From: Pyrodictium delaneyi
GTDB lineage: Archaea > Thermoproteota > Thermoprotei_A > Sulfolobales > Pyrodictiaceae
NCBI RefSeq assembly: GCF_001412615.1
Contig: NZ_CP013011.1
Location: 1,410,001-1,442,000, forward strand
DNA: 32,000 nucleotides
Reading direction: 5' to 3'
This document shows, one piece after another, positions 9,355-17,760 of the stretch. Position numbers and translations under genes: made by a program. Every line of letters begins with the position of its first letter. Position 1 is the stretch's first letter. The notes under the pieces are model-generated. The model was not told the origin of the DNA and searched no databases. It worked only from the letters and a program-made list of their open reading frames with translations.

Positions 9355-10833
9355 CTAGCTGTAGTCGTGGACTATAAGGCCGCGGCCTGGTATCCAGTCG
9401 TAGACCCTGGCCTCGCCCCGGGCTCTCCGCCTCAGGTAGGCCTTCCTCACCCGCTCGGCTAGCTCCACACGACTCTCTATGTGACTCCTCGAGCCTATGT
9501 CGCGGCGCCAGACGAGGGGGTGTCCATCGAGCAGCCTAACCGCCTCGGCTGCGCGCTGCGCCTTAGTCGCGGCGTCCTCGTAGCCCTGGTTGCTCCAGCA
9601 GACTATCTCTACGAGCCGGGAGCCCGTGGAGACGAGGCCGCTTGGGCCCTGGTCTACCCCGGCGTAGAGGAGCCTACAGCCCTGCCTCTCGACCGCGTCC
9701 TCGTCGACGGCTACTGGGTGGCCTCGGGCTATGCTTCGGTTGTTCGGGTAGCCTGCCGGCGCTAGCGCGATGTTGACCACGTAGACATCGTTATCCACTT
9801 CTAGCCTGTAACCGGCTAGCCTGCCCGAGGCCGCGCGGTCTAGTAGCTCTAGGAAGTCGCTCCGTATCATCGGGAGCAGGTTCCCGGTCTCGGGATCGCC
9901 GAACCTGGCGTAGTACTCTATGACCGTGGGGCCCCATAGGCTGGTGAGCATCATCTGGCCGCTCAGCGTGCCACGGTAGGGCTCCCCGGTCTCCCGCCTT
10001 AGGGCCTCCACAGTCTTCTCGAGTATCTCGACCGTCTCCCGGTACTCGCTCAGCTCTAGATACGGCGGCACGACTCCGGGGCCGCTGACCGCGCCCATGC
10101 CACCCGTCTCGGGGCCCAGGTCCCAGCTGAAGAGGTGAGGGTGATCCTGCACCACAGGCAGCGGGACTAGGGTGGAGCCGTCGGTGACAACCATGACCGT
10201 GTATTCTACGCCTTCCACCCTCTCCTCGACTATCACCGAGTACTCTATGTCGCTGTACTTCTCCCGTACCTCGCGGGCCAGCTTCTCCGCGTAACTCCCC
10301 GCTGCCCCGCGCACAGCTACCCCGAGGTGCTCCATGGGCTCCGCGAAGACGCGTACACCGCGGCCGCCAGCCTGCCGAGCGGGCTTGACCACCACGTCGC
10401 CCGCTGCGCGGGCGTACTCCGAGGCCTCCTCCGGGTCTGTGAAGACCTGGTACCGTAGCCGCCCAGGGATACGGTAGCGCCACATGAGCCCGCGGGCGTA
10501 AGCCTTGTCCTTCTCTATCCGGGCCTGGGCCTGGCCCGGCCCGTAGACTGTGAAGCCTTTCTCCCGGAGTGCGTCCGCGACGCCAGCGAAGAGGGGCTCC
10601 TCGGGGCCTATGACCACGAGGTCCGGGCTCAAGTCCTCAGCAGCCCTGACAGCGTCGCTGGGGCTAGTGGGCTTGCCGGGATAGAACCTGCCTCTAGTCT
10701 CCTCGGTGGCTTCTACTAGGCCTGGGTTCCTCTTGTCGCTCAGCACCGCTATACGGGGCTCCATACTGCTGCTGGCCATGAGCAGTGCGAGGGCGTGTTC
10801 GCGGCCACCACTGCCTATTAGGAGTACCTTCAC
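9355..10833 (-). CDS. purD: phosphoribosylamine-glycine ligase (GAR synthetase)
   Basis: VKVLLIGSGGREHALA is the canonical PurD N-terminus. GTG at 10833 overlaps the upstream stop as GTGA. The track start ATG 10860 would overlap the upstream gene by 31 nt. About 45 extra residues follow the usual C-terminal RRDIG. Confidence 0.88.
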   Translation of the reverse strand: MKVLLIGSGGREHALALLMASSSMEPRIAVLSDKRNPGLVEATEETRGRFYPGKPTSPSDAVRAAEDLSPDLVVIGPEEPLFAGVADALREKGFTVYGPGQAQARIEKDKAYARGLMWRYRIPGRLRYQVFTDPEEASEYARAAGDVVVKPARQAGGRGVRVFAEPMEHLGVAVRGAAGSYAEKLAREVREKYSDIEYSVIVEERVEGVEYTVMVVTDGSTLVPLPVVQDHPHLFSWDLGPETGGMGAVSGPGVVPPYLELSEYRETVEILEKTVEALRRETGEPYRGTLSGQMMLTSLWGPTVIEYYARFGDPETGNLLPMIRSDFLELLDRAASGRLAGYRLEVDNDVYVVNIALAPAGYPNNRSIARGHPVAVDEDAVERQGCRLLYAGVDQGPSGLVSTGSRLVEIVCWSNQGYEDAATKAQRAAEAVRLLDGHPLVWRRDIGSRSHIESRVELAERVRKAYLRRRARGEARVYDWIPGRGLIVHDYS

Positions 10834-12053
10834 TTCCGCCTCACCTCCTCCAGCATGCATGCCGTGCAGGGGTCTATGCCGTGGCTCCGGAGGTAGGAGA
10901 CGGCCTCGCCTAGGGGGAGCCAGGCTAGGCTATCCACGTCGAGGACGCGTTCAATCGCCTCGTCGCTTAGCTGGCGGGCTATCAGGCTACGGGGCTCTAG
11001 GAGCTGGACACTGTGGGGACAGGTCGCTACTATCCTGGGGCTTGAGACTGCTACGTGTATCTCGCGGGGAGCCTGGGTCCTCCACAGCCGGTGGATGAAT
11101 GTCTTTAGCGTGAGCCCGGTCACCACGCTATCGTCGACGACTGCTACCCTCTTGCCCTCGAAGACCCCGGGTACGGGGTTGAATTTGAGGCTAAGCATCA
11201 TCAGCCTCTCCTCTAGTGAGGCCTGGACTATGGCTGTCCTTACCCGGCCTATTGTGGAGACGAGTGCTAGCTCCAACGGGGCCTGTTTCTCCTCGGCGTA
11301 GCCCAGCGCGTAGGGGAGCGCAGTCTCCGGCACCCCGACTACGACGTCAACCTCCACGGGGTGGCTACGTGCTAGCCGACGGCCCATCTCCCGGCGGAAC
11401 ATGTACACGTTCACGCCGTCCACTAGGCTGTCAGGCCTGGCCAGGTAGATGTACTCGAAGAGCGAGGTGGCGCGGCGGCCCCCTCCCGCGCTGTAGGTGT
11501 CGAGCGTGTAGCGGTCCCCGTAGACAGCCTCGCCTGGCTCGAGGTCGCGGCGGGGCTCCCCACCCATCAGAGTTATGGGCGCCGTCTCGGTGGCGGCGTA
11601 GACTGCGTCGAACCCGTAGCCACCCAGGCTGAGGGGCCGTACCCCGCTCCTCCCCCGGTACAGCACGTAGCCGCCGTCGCGGGTTAGCGCCGCTACTGTA
11701 CAGCCGTCGAACCTGGTGCTAGAGGCTAGTGTCTCGGCGGCCTCGCGGGGGCTCTTGGCGGCCTCTACAAGCTTCAGCGCTTCGGAGGCGCTACAGGCAC
11801 CATCCACGGCAACCGCTGCGTGGCGTGAGACTGCGAGGCTCCCAGTGGGCTCTACTGCCGCCAGTACGGCGCTGCCCTCGGGTAGACTCCAGCCGTTGCC
11901 CCAGGGGTTGAGTCCTCCATGCCCCAGCTCGTCGGCACGTAGGACCGCGTAGGAGACTCTTGGGCCGCGGTGCCGTAGCCCCATGACGCCGTATCGGGCG
12001 TAGAGGTTGGCGGGCTGGTCCGGCTCGTAGAAGTAGACTAGTAGCAGCCCCAT
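10830..12053 (-). CDS. amidophosphoribosyltransferase paralogue lacking the N-terminal catalytic cysteine
   Basis: Aligns by eye with the upstream purF (LRHRGP vs LQHRGQ, FEYIYLARPDS vs FEYIYFLRPDS, PRPP loop VAVVDDSVVTGLT). It begins MGLLLV rather than MCG. Confidence 0.8.
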   Translation of the reverse strand: MGLLLVYFYEPDQPANLYARYGVMGLRHRGPRVSYAVLRADELGHGGLNPWGNGWSLPEGSAVLAAVEPTGSLAVSRHAAVAVDGACSASEALKLVEAAKSPREAAETLASSTRFDGCTVAALTRDGGYVLYRGRSGVRPLSLGGYGFDAVYAATETAPITLMGGEPRRDLEPGEAVYGDRYTLDTYSAGGGRRATSLFEYIYLARPDSLVDGVNVYMFRREMGRRLARSHPVEVDVVVGVPETALPYALGYAEEKQAPLELALVSTIGRVRTAIVQASLEERLMMLSLKFNPVPGVFEGKRVAVVDDSVVTGLTLKTFIHRLWRTQAPREIHVAVSSPRIVATCPHSVQLLEPRSLIARQLSDEAIERVLDVDSLAWLPLGEAVSYLRSHGIDPCTACMLEEVRRK

Positions 12054-12063
12054 GCTGCCTACT

Positions 12064-13419
12064 TCACCTCCGATCCTCTGTAAACACCTTTTCGAGACGG
12101 GCTACGTCTAGGGGGAAGGGATATGCTCCGCCGAAGCATCCAAGACAGAGACGGCGGCCAACAGCCTCCTCTAGGTCCCTCATACCGAGGTACAGGATGC
12201 TGTCAACGCCTAGGACCCGGCTGATCTCGTCTCCGCTTCTGCCGTGGGCTACTAGCTCGCCGCGGCTAGGAGTGTCTATGCCGAGGAAGCACGGCATAAC
12301 CACGGGCGGCGAGGCGACGCGGAGATGTATCTCGCGGGCCCCCGAGCGACGGAGGATACGGGCTAGCCACCTGCTAGTATCGCCGCGGACGACACTATCG
12401 TCTACGAGGATTATTCTACGGCCCCAAGTCGTCGAGCGTATCGGGTTGAACTTGCGCTTGAGCCTCCCGTTCCTCTCCCCTGGGGGCGCTATGAAGGCGC
12501 GACCAGCGTACCGGTTGCGGTACAAGACCTCGGTGTAGGGGAGCCCCCGCTCCAATGCATATCCTATCGCCGCGCTCCTGCCGCTATCCGGAACCGGCGC
12601 CACAAGGTCTGCCTCCACCGTGTCGCGGCGGGCGAGCCGGCGGCCCATCTCGAGCCGAGCCGCGTGCGCCTCGACGCCCTCGAAGACGCTGTCGGGTCTG
12701 AGGAAGTAGATGTATTCGAACGCACAGGGCCGCGGCTCGTGCCCGGAAGCCAACCCCGTCTCTACACAGTCCTTGGGGGAGCCATTGCAGTAGAGCATTC
12801 TCCCAGCGCCTACTTCTCTCCAGGGGAGCCCCAGCGAGTCTAGCGCTGCTGTCTCGCTGGCCACGGCCGCGTAGCCGTCGCCCACTGCGTAAGCTAGGGG
12901 GCGAACCCCGTAGGGGTCCCGGGCGGCTGCTAGCTCGCCGCGGGACGTGATTGCTACGAGGCTGTAGGCCCCGCGCAGCAGCTGTGCGGCCTCGCGGAGC
13001 GCGTCAGCGAGGCTCCCCTGCTCCAGGTAGAGGGCCTCCACGAGGTCTGCTACTAGCTGGGCGTCCCAGGTGTAGCTGCGGCCTAGCAGTTCTCGGCCAA
13101 GCTCCCGGTAGTTGACGATGTTCCCGTTGAAGGCGATGTGGACTAGGCCCTTGCTGCCGGCTACTGGCTGGTACTGCTCGCCGCCATACCTTCCGCTAGT
13201 GCTGTACCTGACATGCCCTATAGCTGCCCAAGCCCTAGCCGCTGCAGCGGGGAGGCGTATCGCCTCCCGCACAAGCCCCGGGCCGCCGACGAGCCTGATG
13301 CCACCGTTGGCTAGGAACGCTATCCCGGCAGCCTCCTGGCCCCGGTGCTGGAGCTCCAGGAGTAGCTCATAGACTGCCGAGGCCGCGTCATCGCCTAGCC
13401 ATGCAGCTACGCCGCACAC
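12064..13419 (-). CDS. purF: amidophosphoribosyltransferase (glutamine PRPP amidotransferase)
   Basis: Starts MCGVAA (Cys1 nucleophile). Carries LQHRGQEAAGIA and the PRPP loop ILVDDSVVRGDT. Cys residues lie at positions typical of the 4Fe-4S type (CAFEYIYF, MPCFLGID, CLGC). Confidence 0.92.
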   Translation of the reverse strand: MCGVAAWLGDDAASAVYELLLELQHRGQEAAGIAFLANGGIRLVGGPGLVREAIRLPAAAARAWAAIGHVRYSTSGRYGGEQYQPVAGSKGLVHIAFNGNIVNYRELGRELLGRSYTWDAQLVADLVEALYLEQGSLADALREAAQLLRGAYSLVAITSRGELAAARDPYGVRPLAYAVGDGYAAVASETAALDSLGLPWREVGAGRMLYCNGSPKDCVETGLASGHEPRPCAFEYIYFLRPDSVFEGVEAHAARLEMGRRLARRDTVEADLVAPVPDSGRSAAIGYALERGLPYTEVLYRNRYAGRAFIAPPGERNGRLKRKFNPIRSTTWGRRIILVDDSVVRGDTSRWLARILRRSGAREIHLRVASPPVVMPCFLGIDTPSRGELVAHGRSGDEISRVLGVDSILYLGMRDLEEAVGRRLCLGCFGGAYPFPLDVARLEKVFTEDRR

Positions 13420-13429
13420 GGCGCCGTAT

Positions 13430-15607
13430 TCACCCCTCCCTCATCAGCTTCTCTAGGGTAGTGGTATAGGCCTCGGAGAGCCTGACCAAAGGCACCCTGG
13501 CTAGAGTCCTCTTGCCCGAGGCCAGCTCTACGCAGTCGCCTCCCGTCTCGCCCACGACACGGGCCCAGACACCTACTGTCTCTGCGCGACGCAGAACCTC
13601 GCCAACGCTGTCGCGCTGTACTTCGAGGATGTAGCGGCCCGGGGTCTCCGAGAACCCTGCCTCGAGTAGGCTCCGGCATGCCGGGCAGATGGCTGAGAGG
13701 TCAAGACGGGCGCCGACGCCGCCGGCTATCGCCATCCGGGCTACAGCTGTTGCTGCACCGCCTAGGCCGACCGAGTGGACTGCGAGCACAAGCCCATCCT
13801 CTACCAGGCTCCTGACCAGCCTGGCGGCAGCTGCTTCTTCTCTAGGCCGAGGCCTGGGTGGGAGCCCCGCTGGCTCCCCTAGGAGGAGTTCAACTGCCTC
13901 GCTCGCGCCCAGCTCTGGCCGCGTCTCTCCCACTGCCACGAGGACGCCTTCTCCGGTTAGAGCTAGGCTTGTTGCCCTGGAGACGTCGCTTATCCTGCCT
14001 ACGACTAGCACGGAGGCGACCGGGTCTACCATGTGGCCATGCTCGTCCTCGTTATAGAGGCTCACGTTGCCCCCGATGAAGGGTATGCCGAGGCCGCGGG
14101 CCATCCAGGCTAGGCCTTCTACTATGCGTTTGAAGTACCAGAACTGCCGCGGCTTCTCCGGGTTACCTGCATTGATGTTGTCAAGAGCTGCTAGTGGCTC
14201 GCCGCCCACGGCTGCTACGTGCCGGTAGGCCTCGGCTAGGCTGAGCGCAGCTCCCCGGAACGGGTCCTGCCGGGTATAGCGCGGGTTCCCTGCAAGAGCT
14301 GCTACTACCCCGCGGTTCGTACCGTCGCGGAGCCAGAGAACCGCTGCATCGGCGTAGCCCGGCGGCGCGACCGTACGGCCCTGGACGCCCCAGTCGTACT
14401 GCTCGTAGACCCAGGCCTTCCCCGCTACCCGGGGCGAGGAGACTACGCGCTCCAGCAGCCAGCCTAGCTCCTCTTCGGCTAGGCTGAGGCCCGGCAGCTC
14501 ACGGGGGGCTGGTGGTGACTCGGCGCTCCTTTCAACAGGCGGCGCCGATGCGGCGAGCTCCACGGGGAGGTCTACCACGACTCTGCCACGGTAGACCGCG
14601 CGGAGCCTCCTCGTGTCGTCGAAATAGCCTATGACGCTCGCCTCCACGCCGTAGCGGTCCAGCAACCGGAGTAGCTCGCCGAGTTTATCCCTCCACGGTA
14701 CTAGGAGCATGCGCTCCTGGCTCTCCGAGACCAGTATCTCCGCGGGCTCCATGTCACCCTCGCGGAGATGGACGCGGTCGAGGTGCACTACGGCGCCAAC
14801 ACCGCTGGAGGCAGCTGTCTCCGACACTGCTGTCGCCAGGCCCCCGCCGCCCAGGTCCTTCACGTGGCGGAGCAGCTTCTTCTCGAAAGCCTCTGTGAGC
14901 GCGTCGATGAGCAGCTTCTCGAGGAACGGGTTCCCGACTTGGACAGCAGCTATGTCCTCCTCCCGGCTGCCCAGGGGCCGGCTAGCAAAGCTACTCCCAA
15001 GCATACCGTCCCTACCGGTAGAGTTGCCCGCGAGAACCATCACGTCTCCGGGCTCGACGCTGCCAGGGAGCAGGTCCCCGGGCCGTGCTACGCCTATGCA
15101 CGCCACGTTGACTAGGGGCTGCCTCTCGTAGCTAGCGTGGAACCACGTCTCACCTGCCACCGTGGGGACTCCGATACGGTTGCCGTAGTCGCTTATACCC
15201 CGCACTATGCCCTTGGTCAGCCACCTGGAGACCGGGGTACGGAGGCTCCCCAGGTAGAGCGCGTCGAGCAGCGCTATTGGCTGGGCTCCGAGGCCCAGCA
15301 CGTCGCGGACTATGCCCCCTACACCGGTCGCAGCCCCGTTGTAGGGGTCTACAGCCGACGGGTGGTTGTGACTCTCGATACGAGCCACTACCGCTACGTC
15401 GTCGAAGAGCTTCACCGCGCCCGCGTCGCGGCCGGGGCCCACGAGCACCCATGGGGCCTCGGTGGGCAGCATCCTTAGGAGCCGCCGGGTGCTCTTGTAG
15501 CTACAGTGCTCGCTCCACGTGGCCTCGAATAGTGCTAGCTCCTCCCGGGTCGGCTCGCGGCCCAGCCTCCGGCGTATCTCCTCCAGCTCCCTCTCCGTCA
15601 GCGGCAT
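13430..15607 (-). CDS. purL: phosphoribosylformylglycinamidine synthase II (large subunit)
   Basis: The N-terminus carries the EHCSYKS motif. Length is 725 aa, and the gene sits between purQ and purF. Confidence 0.92.
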   Translation of the reverse strand: MPLTERELEEIRRRLGREPTREELALFEATWSEHCSYKSTRRLLRMLPTEAPWVLVGPGRDAGAVKLFDDVAVVARIESHNHPSAVDPYNGAATGVGGIVRDVLGLGAQPIALLDALYLGSLRTPVSRWLTKGIVRGISDYGNRIGVPTVAGETWFHASYERQPLVNVACIGVARPGDLLPGSVEPGDVMVLAGNSTGRDGMLGSSFASRPLGSREEDIAAVQVGNPFLEKLLIDALTEAFEKKLLRHVKDLGGGGLATAVSETAASSGVGAVVHLDRVHLREGDMEPAEILVSESQERMLLVPWRDKLGELLRLLDRYGVEASVIGYFDDTRRLRAVYRGRVVVDLPVELAASAPPVERSAESPPAPRELPGLSLAEEELGWLLERVVSSPRVAGKAWVYEQYDWGVQGRTVAPPGYADAAVLWLRDGTNRGVVAALAGNPRYTRQDPFRGAALSLAEAYRHVAAVGGEPLAALDNINAGNPEKPRQFWYFKRIVEGLAWMARGLGIPFIGGNVSLYNEDEHGHMVDPVASVLVVGRISDVSRATSLALTGEGVLVAVGETRPELGASEAVELLLGEPAGLPPRPRPREEAAAARLVRSLVEDGLVLAVHSVGLGGAATAVARMAIAGGVGARLDLSAICPACRSLLEAGFSETPGRYILEVQRDSVGEVLRRAETVGVWARVVGETGGDCVELASGKRTLARVPLVRLSEAYTTTLEKLMREG

Positions 15608-15610
15608 CCT

Positions 15611-16288
15611 CTACCATCCCCGGCGCAGCGCCTCGCCTATCGATGTGAACAACGGGCGGCCGCCAGGCCGGCAGCCACGGGGAGCCTGGAGCGGGCTTGC
15701 TGCGCGCTCCGGGTGCGGCATCAGCCCGAGCACAGAGCCGTCCTCAGAAGCCAGGCCAGCGACGTTGGCTATGCTTCCGTTCGGGTTCTCGAGGTACTCC
15801 AGCCAGGGCCTAGACTGGAGGAGCCTCCCGGGCTCTGGGTGGTAGTAGCGGCCCTCAGCGTGCGCTACCGGCATGTCGAGCACAGCACTATCCTCTACGT
15901 GAAGGAGCCAGGGCCCCCTGGGCTTGTGGACGCGGACCCGGAGCCACCTCGCCACGAAGCGACCGTTCTCGTTGGGTAGCAGTGCGCCGGGAAGCACGCC
16001 CGCCTCCACGAGGACCTGGAACCCGTTGCATACCCCGAGCAGCGGGACACCGTTCTCAGCTGCTTCGCGGAGCTGCCCGGCTGCCGGGCTCCAGGAGGCT
16101 AGGAGCCCTGCGCGCCCATAGTCCCCATAGCTGAAGCCACCGGGGATCACCGTAGCGTCCCAGTCCCTCCAACGGTACTCAGTGTGCCACACGACGCGGG
16201 CCTCGGCACGGGCTACCTCCCGCAGCATGTAGGCTGTCTCCTGGTCACAATTGGTGCCGGGGAACCGTAGTACCGCGACTCTAGGCAA
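15611..16288 (-). CDS. purQ: phosphoribosylformylglycinamidine synthase I (glutaminase subunit)
   Basis: VAVLRFPGTNCDQE, GVCNGFQ (nucleophile Cys) and MPHPER are class I amidotransferase motifs. The TTG start overlaps the purS end by 8 nt. Confidence 0.9.
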   Translation of the reverse strand: MPRVAVLRFPGTNCDQETAYMLREVARAEARVVWHTEYRWRDWDATVIPGGFSYGDYGRAGLLASWSPAAGQLREAAENGVPLLGVCNGFQVLVEAGVLPGALLPNENGRFVARWLRVRVHKPRGPWLLHVEDSAVLDMPVAHAEGRYYHPEPGRLLQSRPWLEYLENPNGSIANVAGLASEDGSVLGLMPHPERAASPLQAPRGCRPGGRPLFTSIGEALRRGW

Positions 16289-16547
16289 GAGGGATCACCA
16301 GGAGCGTGTGGACCGCAGGGTTGAAGAGCCGGGTCTCGTGAGCCATCTCCTTTACGAGCTTCTCTGCCTCCTCCCTTGTCTCGGCCTCTACCTCGACTAT
16401 GAACGCCTTCCCGGCGCGTATCCCCTGGACCCAGGTGTAGCCTAGCCTCCGCAACTCGGCTGCCAGCGTCTCGCCCTCTGGGTCCCGGGCTGACGGCTTG
16501 TAGGTGACGATGACTAGCACACGGTGCCGGGGCACACTTACTCGCAC
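16281..16547 (-). CDS. purS: phosphoribosylformylglycinamidine synthase PurS subunit
   Basis: 88-aa ORF between purC and purQ with PurS-like DPEG and NPVxH-type blocks (ARDPEGETL, LFNPAVHTL). It has a GTG start, and the alternative GTG at 16535 is in frame. Confidence 0.8.
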   Translation of the reverse strand: MRVSVPRHRVLVIVTYKPSARDPEGETLAAELRRLGYTWVQGIRAGKAFIVEVEAETREEAEKLVKEMAHETRLFNPAVHTLLVIPLA

Positions 16548-17263
16548 CTCCTCTTGGGCTCGCCGGCTAGCCGGGCTAGCTCGCGGTATGCCTCGAGCAG
16601 GGCCTCAACGCTGCTGCTACGCCGGTAGACCTCCTTGTCCAAATGCCTGCCGCTAGAGTCTACAAGCCTCATAGTGTCGCCTGAGACCTCGTCAACTACT
16701 ACGAAGCCATGGCTGTCCCGGGCCACCTCTATCTTGAGGTCTACTAGCCTGAGCCCCCGGCGGCGCCAGAACAGCTCAAGGACACTGTTGACCCTGAGGG
16801 CTAGGCTCCGGATATCCCAAAGCTCCCGCCACGATAGGAGCCCAGCCTCAACTGCGTCCTCGGGCAGTACTAGCGGGTCGCCCCTCTCATCATCCTTGAG
16901 GTGCAGCTCTACTATGGGTCTCGAAAGCCTCTCCATGGACTTGAAGAAGGGCATCCTGCGGAGAAGTGAGCCGTAAGCATAGTTCCTCACTATGACCTCC
17001 AGAGGGACGACACTATATCTTCTAGCAAGGAGCCGCGAACCACCCATGTAGCACACATAGTGTGTCGGGATCCCGTGTTCCTCTAACAGCTCGAACATCC
17101 TGGCAGAGAGCCTGGCTGCTAGTTCACCCTTGCCCGGCGCCCTATCGTGTAGCTTCCCGTTGAACGCCGTGACCTCGTCCTTGAACTCGAGGACTACCAG
17201 CCCGTCCCCTGCGTCAAGAACCCGCTTGGCCTTACCCTCGTAGAGTAGCTCTCCGGGGCGCAG
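16538..17263 (-). CDS. purC: phosphoribosylaminoimidazole-succinocarboxamide synthase (SAICAR synthetase); probable CTG start
   Basis: The track ORF starts at 17098 (MFELLEEHGIPTHYV), but the frame is open upstream to 17332. That upstream stretch encodes RPGELLYEGKAKRVLDAGDGLVVLEFKDEVTAFNGKLHDRAPGKGELAARLSAR, the conserved PurC N-terminal third. No ATG/GTG/TTG lies in that stretch, and there is an in-frame CTG at 17263-17261. Confidence 0.85.
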   Translation of the reverse strand: MRPGELLYEGKAKRVLDAGDGLVVLEFKDEVTAFNGKLHDRAPGKGELAARLSARMFELLEEHGIPTHYVCYMGGSRLLARRYSVVPLEVIVRNYAYGSLLRRMPFFKSMERLSRPIVELHLKDDERGDPLVLPEDAVEAGLLSWRELWDIRSLALRVNSVLELFWRRRGLRLVDLKIEVARDSHGFVVVDEVSGDTMRLVDSSGRHLDKEVYRRSSSVEALLEAYRELARLAGEPKRRCE

Positions 17264-17304
17264 CCTAGACCCCCGTGCCCAGAGACTTGCCTGAGTAACT
17301 AGCC

Positions 17305-17314
17305 TAAAAATATT
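17305..17314 (-). promoter_or_regulatory. TATA-box-like element upstream of purC
   Basis: The minus strand reads AATATTTTTA about 42 nt upstream of the CTG at 17263. A G-rich stretch GGGGG (17270-17274) lies 7-11 nt upstream of that CTG. Confidence 0.35.
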
Positions 17315-17760
17315 CCAGAATGAAGGAACCCATTATCTTTACTTAGTCAAGTAAATGTACAAGCTACTCAGCCTAGTTACCTTGACGCTAGATAACAATA
17401 CGCCACATCATCGATTAGAGAAACGAGAACCCCAAGTACTACTAATATCACTAAAAAGAGATCATCAATGAGCTAACTCCGGCAAAGACAGATCCAATGT
17501 GAGCAATCCTGCATCACCTAGACATGACTTTATCGTATACGACGCTGGAGTCAAGTTCAAGCTAACATTTACATACAATATTTTCAATGAAGAGATTATT
17601 AATAATTGTTCGGTAAAATATAGTATTGGCAGTACATTTGTCCAAAAGTTCATGGTTGAATTTAGACGAATGATGCAATCAACGTTCGGAAGCGATAGTG
17701 AATGTTCTTTTAACCTCGTACGATAACTGACTACAGGCATTGTCTTAGGCGGGTGAGAAT

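Noticed and set aside
9791-10483. 230-aa alternative-frame ORF inside purD, and similar Arg/Gly/Pro/Ser-rich ORFs
   Set aside because: These are typical shadow ORFs of GC-rich coding DNA. They have biased Arg/Pro/Gly/Ser composition and lie fully inside well-supported genes. Other examples are 8205..8633, 7115..7612, 11216..11632, 13689..14057, 14709..15131, 15137..15648, 22904..23290, 22969..23343, 23461..23805 and 25627..26052.
17313-17331. TTCCAGAATGAAGGAAC, reminiscent of archaeal origin-recognition-box cores or a TTCC-N8-GGAA operator, in an AT-rich region (possible replication origin)
   Set aside because: It is a single weak partial match with no repeated ORB-like elements and no orc1/cdc6 or whiP nearby. 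The AT-rich spacer is more simply explained as divergent promoters and foreign-composition DNA.
17668-17731. AATGATGC ... CTGA spaced about 58 nt apart, suggestive of a C/D-box sRNA
   Set aside because: The internal D' and C' boxes are absent at the required 12-nt guide spacing, and the C box is imperfect.
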